In this document: piece by piece, positions 17,146-25,017 of the stretch | Layout of the letters: each line of letters begins with the position of its first letter | Position numbering within the stretch: position 1 is the first letter of the stretch | Source: a virus | Taxonomy: Duplodnaviria > Caudoviricetes | IMG/VR virus record: IMGVR_UViG_3300038450_000048 | Coordinates: 1-27,486 of that record | Reading direction: 5' to 3' (one strand) | Length of the DNA stretch: 27,486 bases | Notes under the pieces: generated by a model | Seen by the model: only the letters and a program-made list of their open reading frames with translations | What the model was told of the DNA's origin: nothing | The model's database searches: none | Translations under genes and position numbers: made by a program

Positions 17146-17721
17146 ATGGCTTCTATTTCAAAGCAAATCACTAAAGACATAACTCTGACTGGACTCACCT
17201 CGATTCTTTTCGACCGATACGCGGGAGACAACAAAACGCAACTCGCACCTGAACAAAAACTGTACCTGCAAGGCAAAATCGTCACGATGCCTTCGATGAA
17301 CATCACCTCGTTCTTGTCGGCACAGAACACAGAGTCCGCTCCGAAGATGCTCCTCGACAAACGAGAATACAAGACGGTTGCCTCTGCGCTGCTGGCGAGC
17401 ACCATCATCAATCCATCCGCCATTCCGTTTACGAAAAACGGTAAACCCGTTGTGTTTGGCGGTAGCTTTGTAGACGACGTGGACCCGGTAAGCGGTATTC
17501 ACCTTGTTTACCACGTTGCCCGGTTGGATAAGGGCATTCCAAATCCCAAGGTTCGCCCGATGCTGGACACGCCGTGGGAGTTGAAGTTCAAGCTGACAAT
17601 TCTTCCCCACCCCGACCTGAACGAAGACTTGATTGAGAACCTCTTCGTGGACGGCGGCGTGCGTCTCGGGCTCGGCACGTTTCGCAAGGCATTCGGTAAG
17701 TTTTCATTTGAGTGGAGATAA
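17146..17721 (+). CDS. RAMP/Cas7-like RNA-binding protein (Vipr-like)
   Basis: N-terminal strand ITLTGLTSILF, VRPML..PWELKFKL, and a C-terminal Gly-rich loop GGVRLGLGTFRKAFGKF typical of RAMP proteins; flanked on both sides by GGC-NN arrays. Confidence 0.75.
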   Translation: MASISKQITKDITLTGLTSILFDRYAGDNKTQLAPEQKLYLQGKIVTMPSMNITSFLSAQNTESAPKMLLDKREYKTVASALLASTIINPSAIPFTKNGKPVVFGGSFVDDVDPVSGIHLVYHVARLDKGIPNPKVRPMLDTPWELKFKLTILPHPDLNEDLIENLFVDGGVRLGLGTFRKAFGKFSFEWR

Positions 17722-17727
17722 TTTCTC

Positions 17728-17792
17728 GGCGTGGCGCGGCGCGGCAAGGCGCGGCATGGCTGGGCGAGGCATGGCAAGGCAAGGCAAGGCTA
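17728..17792 (+). repeat. GGC-NN pentamer array 2 (13 units); putative guide ncRNA
   Basis: NN = GT GC GC AA GC AT TG GA AT AA AA AA TA; preceded by TTTCTC, followed by GATTTTTCTAG. Confidence 0.9.
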
Positions 17793-17811
17793 GATTTTTC
17801 TAGGAGGCAAT

Positions 17812-18852
17812 ATGGCAAGGTCGAAACAGAAAGTTGTACAACCAAACTCCACGGAAGGAGCCAACAAGACGCTTACGCCGCTGTTGCATGGCGAAATTAC
17901 TCGGCTCAAAGCGGCTGTCGCTCGATATGAAGCGGCGGACGCGGCGAGACTGGCAGCGTGGGCTGAATATCACCGCATCGAAGATAAGTTGACTGTGACT
18001 GCGGAGCCTGCGGACCATGAAGTCGTTGAGCAAGTCAAAATCGAGTGGATATCAACGCATTTGGAAGAATGCCGCCGAGCCAAAGTCATCATCCCCGATT
18101 CGTGGGATAAACCCCTCATTTTTGCCAAGGGCGACGAGCAACTCGGGCACGTCACTTGCGATACCGCCCGAGTCATTAAAGATATTGATTGGGTTGAGAA
18201 AAACCCACAGTGCTTGGTGGTTTTGCTTGGCGATGCGATTGATTCGGCGACAAAAACCTCGCCGGGTTCTATCAAAGAAAACACGATGACACCTCTTCGG
18301 CAGTGTGAATCATACATCGACCTCCACAAACGAATCGCTAACCGAATTATCGGATACGTTGGTGGTAACCACGAGCGGCGGATTGATAAGGCGCTGGACG
18401 AAGGGGGTGGGGCAATTCGGTTGATTGCGCAGGGACTGTCCCGGGAGACGACGAACAAGATTCCCTACAGCGGCGGGTTGTTGCTCGTCGATGTGTATTG
18501 GCGGGGGCATCTGTGGACCTTCACTCTGTTCCATGGGGCAGGGGCGGCGGCAACCGCTGGGTCGAAGGTTCAGCGGATGCAACGCAACATGTTGCTGACG
18601 GATTCAACGATTACTCTGTCGGGTCACCTTCACGAAGAGGCCAAAACCAGTCGCCGATACACCAAGCGCCTGCCCGATGGTTCGATTACCACTGTGAAGA
18701 CCGTTGCCCTTCAGTGCGGCACGTATCTGAAATATATCGGGTCGTACGGAGAAACTGGCGGCATGGCTCCTGTTGGTCCTGACATGATTGTCATCGAGCT
18801 GTTCGATGACGGGAAGTACAAGGATACGTCGAAGGGCGAGAGCGATTCTTAG
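17812..18852 (+). CDS. Calcineurin-like metallophosphoesterase
   Basis: GDEQLG, LGDAID, GNHE, FHG and GHLH motifs; RBS AGGAGG. Confidence 0.85.
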   Translation: MARSKQKVVQPNSTEGANKTLTPLLHGEITRLKAAVARYEAADAARLAAWAEYHRIEDKLTVTAEPADHEVVEQVKIEWISTHLEECRRAKVIIPDSWDKPLIFAKGDEQLGHVTCDTARVIKDIDWVEKNPQCLVVLLGDAIDSATKTSPGSIKENTMTPLRQCESYIDLHKRIANRIIGYVGGNHERRIDKALDEGGGAIRLIAQGLSRETTNKIPYSGGLLLVDVYWRGHLWTFTLFHGAGAAATAGSKVQRMQRNMLLTDSTITLSGHLHEEAKTSRRYTKRLPDGSITTVKTVALQCGTYLKYIGSYGETGGMAPVGPDMIVIELFDDGKYKDTSKGESDS

Positions 18853-18859
18853 TTTTCTC

Positions 18860-18919
18860 GGCACGGCGCGGCGAGGCATGGCGCGGCGAGGCATGGCGGG
18901 GCAAGGCAAGGCAAGGCAA
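18860..18919 (+). repeat. GGC-NN pentamer array 3 (12 units); putative guide ncRNA
   Basis: NN = AC GC GA AT GC GA AT GG AA AA AA AA; preceded by TTTCTC. Confidence 0.9.
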
Positions 18920-18934
18920 TGTTTGGAGTCTTAA

Positions 18935-20746
18935 TTGAATAAAGAATCGGATAAGACAATCGGCGGTTCACTCGACGACGCCATTGCCGGGATTGAGAAG
19001 CAGCACGGCAAGGGGTCAATTATGATGCTCGGCAGCAAGAAGTTTGTTGCCATCGACGTGATTCCGACTTCGTCCCTTGCTCTTGATGAAGCCCTTGGCA
19101 TTGGCGGACTCCCTCGGGGACGGGTTATCGAGATTTACGGTCCCGAGTGTGTTGACGCCGACACTTTCATTCCATACGCGGTAGTAACCGGAACTCACGT
19201 CGCAAACCATAAAGGCGGGACCATTCAAAGACTGTATGAGCGGTTTCACAATCTTCCTGTCTCGGGAAGCGGACAGGGAAAGTATCCTCGCCCTGCGACA
19301 GAAAATGCGTATTATTATACTGCTTCGGTAAATGAAACGGGTCGGATTGTTCGCAACCAAATTCTAGACGTGGTGTACGCGGGAGAAAAGGAAGCCTTCA
19401 TCCTTACGGTCAAGGGCGGATATCAGATCATCACATCCGCAGACCATCAATTCAAAACGGCAGGTGGAAAATATAGGCGCTTGCGCGATTTGACTTCACA
19501 TATCCTAATCGCGATTCACAATAACACCCCGTTCTCGGTTGAACAACAAAAAGATAGCAGCAAAAATCGCGTCGATTTGTATGTGAAATTTCATCCGGTC
19601 GCGGGGGTAAAAAACGTTCGAGCCGTTATCAATCACACCACCAAGGAAACAGTTACGTACGTGTACCGTCGTTTGGCCCGCGCCCGAGCCGTAGTCGAAG
19701 CTCACATGAACAACATGTCCCTTGACGCTTATGTGGAAAAGCTGAATTCTGGGGACCTCGGCGGGTTGCGATTCCTATCTCGTGACCAGCACGTTCACCA
19801 TGCGCTGGCCCGTCACAACAATCTCCGCTTTCAAGAAATCTACAAACAAGTTGAATCCATCACTCCGATTGGTCTTCGACCGATGTTTGATTTGGTAATG
19901 GCGGAACCGCACAGAAACTACGTGGCAGATCAATTTGTAGTACACAATTCGGGAGGAAAAACCACGCTCGCGCTCCACGTTATCGCTCAAGCACAAAAAC
20001 TCGGCGGTCAGGCTGCGTTCATTGACGCCGAACACGCTCTGGACCCCGTGTACGCTCGCAAACTGGGTGTGGATGTTGACCATCTCCTCATTTCGCAGCC
20101 CGATAACGGCGAGCAGGCGCTGGAAATCACCGAAGCGCTGATTCGTTCGGGCAAAGTTGACATCGTGGTGGTTGATTCGGTCGCGGCGCTGGTGCCGAAG
20201 GCTGAACTTGAAGGCGAGATGGGTGAGCCGCAGATGGGTTTGCAGGCGCGACTGATGTCGCAGGCGCTTCGGAAGCTGACGGCGATCACGAACAACACGA
20301 AAACCGTTCTGGTTTTCATCAATCAGATTCGTGAAAAGATTGGCGTAATGTTCGGGAACCCCGAAACCACTACGGGCGGGCGAGCGCTGAAGTTCTACGC
20401 TTCGGTGCGGCTTGATATTCGCAAGATTCAAGCTATTAAGGACGGCGATAGAGTTCTCGGTGCCCAGACTCGCATCAAAGTTGTCAAAAACAAATTGGCA
20501 AGACCGTACACTGAATGCGAGGTTCAGATTCTCTACGGTGAAGGGATATCCCACGAGGCAGACCTGTTGAACATCGGTGCTCGGGAAGGCGTGCTAGAGA
20601 AGAGTGGTTCATGGTTCTCGTACAAAGGGGAGCGGCTGGGGCAAGGATTTGACGGCGTTCGGCGATTCCTCGTGGAACATCCCGACATTGCAAGCAAGAT
20701 TGAAGTGGAATTGCGTAGTCAACTGTTCAAAAAGGATAAGCCATGA
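18935..20746 (+). CDS. recA: Recombinase A containing an intein
   Basis: [15 protein letters not shown]|[51 protein letters not shown]. Confidence 0.97.
   Translation: MNKESDKTIGGSLDDAIAGIEKQHGKGSIMMLGSKKFVAIDVIPTSSLALDEALGIGGLPRGRVIEIYGPECVDADTFIPYAVVTGTHVANHKGGTIQRLYERFHNLPVSGSGQGKYPRPATENAYYYTASVNETGRIVRNQILDVVYAGEKEAFILTVKGGYQIITSADHQFKTAGGKYRRLRDLTSHILIAIHNNTPFSVEQQKDSSKNRVDLYVKFHPVAGVKNVRAVINHTTKETVTYVYRRLARARAVVEAHMNNMSLDAYVEKLNSGDLGGLRFLSRDQHVHHALARHNNLRFQEIYKQVESITPIGLRPMFDLVMAEPHRNYVADQFVVHNSGGKTTLALHVIAQAQKLGGQAAFIDAEHALDPVYARKLGVDVDHLLISQPDNGEQALEITEALIRSGKVDIVVVDSVAALVPKAELEGEMGEPQMGLQARLMSQALRKLTAITNNTKTVLVFINQIREKIGVMFGNPETTTGGRALKFYASVRLDIRKIQAIKDGDRVLGAQTRIKVVKNKLARPYTECEVQILYGEGISHEADLLNIGAREGVLEKSGSWFSYKGERLGQGFDGVRRFLVEHPDIASKIEVELRSQLFKKDKP
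19148..19948 (+). mobile_element. Intein (267 aa) in the RecA Walker A motif
   Basis: Begins with Cys (CVDADT), has block B SADH, ends VVHN followed by Ser; removing it restores GPESGGKTT. Confidence 0.95.
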
Positions 20747-21099
20747 CCGAGAAGAAATTGCTGCTGCCGACTGAAGCTGATGAACGAAAGAAATATCCGA
20801 TAGGTACCGGCGTGCTGGACTATTTTCCAGCCGCACTTGCGGAAGTCGCACGGGTTTCTTACATCGGCAACCAGCAACACAACCCCGGTCAACCGCTACA
20901 TTGGTCTCGCGGCAAATCCACGGACCAAGCGGACACGATCATTCGGCACTACATGGAGCGCGGTGGTCTCGACAAAGACGGCGTACGACACTCCGCAAAG
21001 ATGGCGTGGCGTGCGTTGGCGCTCTTGCAGCTTGAACTGGAAGCCGAGGGCGCACCGATGGCTCGGAACGCCAGTTTTGACAAAGCAGAAAGTAAGTAG
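20743..21099 (+). CDS. dATP/dGTP diphosphohydrolase domain protein (DUF5664-like)
   Basis: [21 protein letters not shown]...W.RGK...IIRH...[13 protein letters not shown] pattern. Confidence 0.8.
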   Translation: MTEKKLLLPTEADERKKYPIGTGVLDYFPAALAEVARVSYIGNQQHNPGQPLHWSRGKSTDQADTIIRHYMERGGLDKDGVRHSAKMAWRALALLQLELEAEGAPMARNASFDKAESK

Positions 21100-21107
21100 G
21101 AGGCAAC

Positions 21108-21554
21108 ATGAAGGTGTATCTTGCAGCAATGTTTTCAACAATCAAAGAACGGAAGGCTCAGGCGGCGGAACTGCGGGCTCTTGGCATCGGCGTCACGTCC
21201 CGATGGGTTGAGGAAACCGTTCCTCACAACATAGAGACAAAAGATGTGCCGGAGAAGTATCTGGAGGAGACCTCCCTTGTGGACTTAGAGGATATTGACA
21301 TGGCGGATATCTTTGTAGCGTTCGTTCCTACGGATACGGAACTGACTAATGCTACCCTGCGAGCCAGCAGTCGGGGCGGGCGGCACGTTGAATTTGGCTA
21401 TGCTCTTGCCAAGAGAATGCCCATCTTCGTGCTCGGCGGCAAAGAAAACGTCTTTCATGTCCTACCGCCACGGTACGGTATTCGTCACTACACGACGTGG
21501 GAGGATATGAAGTTCGCACTGGCGTTGATGCGAGACACGATATCCGCGTCGTAA
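21108..21554 (+). CDS. Nucleoside 2-deoxyribosyltransferase / nucleotide N-glycosidase-like protein
   Basis: KVYLAA, DLEDIDMAD and GGRHVEFGYALA motifs. Confidence 0.8.
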   Translation: MKVYLAAMFSTIKERKAQAAELRALGIGVTSRWVEETVPHNIETKDVPEKYLEETSLVDLEDIDMADIFVAFVPTDTELTNATLRASSRGGRHVEFGYALAKRMPIFVLGGKENVFHVLPPRYGIRHYTTWEDMKFALALMRDTISAS

Positions 21555-21565
21555 AAAGGTTTCCC

Positions 21566-23923
21566 GTGGACTATCAATTTCTGTTCATGGATTACGAAAC
21601 TTGCTCAATCCTTGACCTGAAGGAAGTTGGTCTTGACAATTATGCTAAGCACCCATCAACCCGCATCACGGTGCTCGCTTGGGCGCTTGACCACGAAGAG
21701 CTTCAAGCGTGGCTCCCGCACCTCGGTCCTCCGCCAAAGAAACTTGTGGATGCGCTTCGCAATCCCAGCATCATGAAGATTGCGTGGAATTCCTCGTTTG
21801 AATATAATCTCACCCGACGAGTCCTTGTACCGAAATATCTTCACGAGGATTGGTTCGTCCCACTTGAGCAATGGCGGGACCCGATAATTCTCGCTCACAA
21901 TCTCTCGCTGCCCGGGAAACTTGCCGATGTCGGCGCAATTCTGAAGATGAAAGAGCAGAAGGACCCTCGGGGCGAAGACCTTATCCAAATGTTCTGCAAG
22001 CCCGTGAACACGAAGCAGCTTCAGAAGTTCAAAGACGACCCCGCCGCGAACATGACATTGTTTGGTCCGCCGCTGCCGCTATTCCGAGACCATAATAGTC
22101 ATCCCCGGGAATTTGCCGAATACGTTGAGTACTGCAAACAGGATATCCGCTCAGAACGAGACTTGTGGTATCGCATGCTGCCGATTCCGTTTCCTGAAAT
22201 TGAATGGCGAGGGTGGCTGCTTGACCAGAAAATCAATGAGTTTGGCATGCCCGGAAATCGGGAATTGGCGACAAAAATGCTGCGTATCGCTGAGCGATTT
22301 ATTAGCGAGCGACGGGCTGAACTAAAGAAACTGACTGGACTGGAGAATCCCAACTCTGACACCCAAATAAAAGAATGGCTTTCCGCTCGGGGTTATGCGT
22401 GGGGCTCCGTGCAGGCAAAGTATGTTGACCTTGAAATGACGAATCCCGATTCAAAGCTGACACCCGAGGCTCGTACCGTTCTCATGCTTCGCAAGGCGGC
22501 TCGGAAATCCTCCTATACGAAACTGAATCGTTTTCTGGCGCAGTTGTCGGAGGACGACCGACTCCGCTATCAATTTAAGTACATGGGTGCCCCACGGACT
22601 GGGCGATGGTCAAGCGGAAAGACCGACAACACTGATAGTGCCGTGCAGGTTCAAAATATGTCCCGAGGGGAGGGATCGGTTCAAAAGAAACTTCAGCACG
22701 CTATTGACCTTGTGCTGGCGGAAGATTACGATACGATTTGTCGGGAGTTTATGGATGTCCCCGACAAAAAGAAATCCGTTACCCCGGTTGAACTGGTCAT
22801 TACTCTGCTACGCAGTCTGTTTCAAGCGAAGCCGGGAAAGAAGCTGGTGGTTGCCGACCTAAACGCCATTGAGAATCGCAAACTCGGCTGGGCTGCCGGG
22901 TGCAAAGCGATGCTTGACGTATTTCGCACGTGCAACAAATGTGGATATATCGTCGTTGATTTGGATGGTCCGTTTGATTGCCCGAAATGCGGCTGCACGA
23001 AGGCTCGCTGCCCATATATTTCTTTCGGTACGAAGCTGTTCAACAAGCCGTATGAGGTGATGTGGAAGGAATACGAATCGGGGTATAAAGACGACCGCCA
23101 GAACTCAAAGCCTGCGGTTCTCGGTGCCGGTTATGGTCTCAGCGGCGGCGAGATGTACGTGAACGAGAACAACGACGAAGTCCGTGGCGGCTTGTGGGGA
23201 TATGCGAAAAACGTCTGCGGCGTTGACATGCCGAAAGAACTGGCTCACAAGGCTGTGGAAGTTTTCAGAGAATCCTATCCCGAGGTTCTTCAATTCTGGG
23301 ATGACTTGGAGGAAGCGTTCAAACAGGTTCTCAAGCGTGGCGGGATAATCCGAGTCGGCGAAGTCACATGGGACAAGAAGAATCGTGAGTGGATTCAGCA
23401 CCCCACGCAAGGGAAGGGCTGCGTTATTGAATTCCAACGGCAGAAAATGGCGGGCGGCGGTTATCTGATTCGCATGGTACTCCCAAGTGGGCGAGCCCTG
23501 CACTATCTGAACGCCACGATTGAGGAAGAGACACGAACCAGCAAGAGAACCGGGCTACCGTACCATGTGCAGACCATCTACTATGACGGCATTGAGCACA
23601 GCGCGACCGAGGAAGCTGATGGTCGCCGCAAAAAGAAGAAGCACGAATGGGGCAGGGTTAAAACATACGGCGGCAAGATTTGTGAGAATGGCATTCAAGC
23701 GATGTCCCGGGATGACCTGCTCAATGGGATGTTTGAAGCTGACGCCATGGGCTTCCATATCTGGGGATTGTTCCACGATGAACTTGGGACTGAAGAGGAT
23801 GACACGATGTTCGGGCTCCGGGTTGAAGACCTTGTTTACTGCATGACTGTAGTCTCAAAGTCAACGCCGGGGATGTTGCTCGGTGCTGAAGGGTACGAGG
23901 GTCCAATTTATAAGAAAGGGTAG
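21566..23923 (+). CDS. Phage family A DNA polymerase with 3'-5' exonuclease (APSE-like group)
   Basis: Exo I DYET, AWNSSFE, YCKQD; TGRWSS; motif A ADLNAIENR; motif B RQNSKPAVLGAGYG; motif C FHDE; GTG 21566 is the likely start. Confidence 0.93.
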   Translation: MDYQFLFMDYETCSILDLKEVGLDNYAKHPSTRITVLAWALDHEELQAWLPHLGPPPKKLVDALRNPSIMKIAWNSSFEYNLTRRVLVPKYLHEDWFVPLEQWRDPIILAHNLSLPGKLADVGAILKMKEQKDPRGEDLIQMFCKPVNTKQLQKFKDDPAANMTLFGPPLPLFRDHNSHPREFAEYVEYCKQDIRSERDLWYRMLPIPFPEIEWRGWLLDQKINEFGMPGNRELATKMLRIAERFISERRAELKKLTGLENPNSDTQIKEWLSARGYAWGSVQAKYVDLEMTNPDSKLTPEARTVLMLRKAARKSSYTKLNRFLAQLSEDDRLRYQFKYMGAPRTGRWSSGKTDNTDSAVQVQNMSRGEGSVQKKLQHAIDLVLAEDYDTICREFMDVPDKKKSVTPVELVITLLRSLFQAKPGKKLVVADLNAIENRKLGWAAGCKAMLDVFRTCNKCGYIVVDLDGPFDCPKCGCTKARCPYISFGTKLFNKPYEVMWKEYESGYKDDRQNSKPAVLGAGYGLSGGEMYVNENNDEVRGGLWGYAKNVCGVDMPKELAHKAVEVFRESYPEVLQFWDDLEEAFKQVLKRGGIIRVGEVTWDKKNREWIQHPTQGKGCVIEFQRQKMAGGGYLIRMVLPSGRALHYLNATIEEETRTSKRTGLPYHVQTIYYDGIEHSATEEADGRRKKKKHEWGRVKTYGGKICENGIQAMSRDDLLNGMFEADAMGFHIWGLFHDELGTEEDDTMFGLRVEDLVYCMTVVSKSTPGMLLGAEGYEGPIYKKG

Positions 23924-23943
23924 GCCATGAAAGATGATTTCAG

Positions 23944-24213
23944 TTGGTAGACACGTTTCAAGACGAAAAGATTTATCACCCCGCAGTAACGGCGTATGAG
24001 CGAAAGGTTGTTCGGCAAATTGATGGGCACTGGTGCAACGACTGGGATGGACTCGCCGTCAGTGCTTGGACGCTCGAATACAATTGCTGTGCTTGCTATC
24101 CGAAGTCACGCCTCGGCAGGCTCATCAATCGCTTCGCCGTCTGGCGGTTCAATCTCGGCTGGTGGTGGATTGTCGGTCGGCACGGGGAACGTGCGGAGAA
24201 GTCTGATGACTGA
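23944..24213 (+). CDS. Small Cys/Trp-rich hypothetical protein; start uncertain, possibly frameshifted
   Basis: HWCNDWDG...EYNCCAC cluster; TTG start without a clear RBS. Confidence 0.4.
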   Translation: MVDTFQDEKIYHPAVTAYERKVVRQIDGHWCNDWDGLAVSAWTLEYNCCACYPKSRLGRLINRFAVWRFNLGWWWIVGRHGERAEKSDD

Positions 24214-24378
24214 CTCGCGGGCGTCCCAGTTGGCATGCTCATCCTCTACGTATTTCCATGCGCTTTTGAAATCATATCGGCAGTCGGGGTCCGCGAGCAG
24301 CGCGGCAAGGATTCGGAGCAAGATGCGTCGGCGGTCTTCAATTTTATACGTCGGGTGCTCAAGCAGGTTAGCTATCAT
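24106..24378 (-). CDS. Hypothetical protein
   Basis: ATGA coupling with the upstream minus-strand ORF; AGGTAGGT upstream. Confidence 0.55.
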   Translation of the reverse strand: MIANLLEHPTYKIEDRRRILLRILAALLADPDCRYDFKSAWKYVEDEHANWDARESVIRLLRTFPVPTDNPPPAEIEPPDGEAIDEPAEA

Positions 24379-24560
24379 TCAAATATACCTACCTTTCGGA
24401 GAAATTCGGCTTCAACTTCGAGAGTGTGGAGGTCTTCCAAGGCTCTCTTGCAGCGAGCATCGTATATCTCGGCTTTGTACCAGTTATCGGGACGTTTGGT
24501 AAGGATGCGAATGACACTGATTTCCATACCATCGTCGGCGGGGTCTTTAATGTTGTCCAT
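24375..24560 (-). CDS. Small hypothetical protein
   Basis: GGAGG RBS; upstream minus-strand promoter-like TTGCAT-N17-GACAAT. Confidence 0.6.
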   Translation of the reverse strand: MDNIKDPADDGMEISVIRILTKRPDNWYKAEIYDARCKRALEDLHTLEVEAEFLRKVGIFE

Positions 24561-24634
24561 CGGGTCTTGCCTCCAGAACCCATTGTCTCACAGGCGAGAC
24601 GGGAATGCAATAGTACTAAAGTTTGGAAAAGGAC

Positions 24635-24663
24635 TTGACTTTTGACCAGTACGGATGTACTAT
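24635..24663 (+). promoter_or_regulatory. Sigma70 promoter overlapped by a GTAC-N4-GTAC operator (24649-24660)
   Basis: TTGACT-N17-TACTAT. Confidence 0.8.
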
Positions 24664-24678
24664 GGGGAAGGAGCAGAA

Positions 24679-25017
24679 ATGAGCGAGCGACTTATAGCCC
24701 AATTGAAACAGATTGTGCAAGCAGCGGGCGGCGAGTTTTGCGGCATCCAGACAGCTATCACGGCTGGGGACGACCTCTTGCTGTTCAACAGCCCAACGAC
24801 GGGAAGCACTCTTGCCGTGAAATTCAATCCAATCAACTTTGATGATAACCCGACCGCGCTTGTGACCGCTATTCGGAAACGGCTCCTTGAGAGCGACAAG
24901 GACTTCGCTGACCGCAAAATCCACGTTAAAGCGTCCGTGCTGGAAAGCATCCATGACACCTTGATTGCTATCGCTTCAGAACTTCAAGAGTTATATACAA
25001 AGAAGGAAAAATCATGA
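24679..25017 (+). CDS. Hypothetical protein
   Basis: AAGGAG RBS before ATG 24679; ATGA overlap with the ERF gene. Confidence 0.7.
   Translation: MSERLIAQLKQIVQAAGGEFCGIQTAITAGDDLLLFNSPTTGSTLAVKFNPINFDDNPTALVTAIRKRLLESDKDFADRKIHVKASVLESIHDTLIAIASELQELYTKKEKS

Noticed and set aside
17508-18909. Minus-strand ORFs with PCLA/PRRA repeats (17508-17777, 17588-17845, 18604-18909) and plus ORF 17712-17930
   Set aside because: They are translations of the GGC-NN arrays overlapping well-supported genes, with no RBS.
17019-18919. GGC-NN arrays as a classical CRISPR array or a simple microsatellite
   Set aside because: There are no 23-47-nt repeats with unique spacers, so it is not a canonical CRISPR. 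Variation restricted to two of five positions across 37 units argues against a plain microsatellite.
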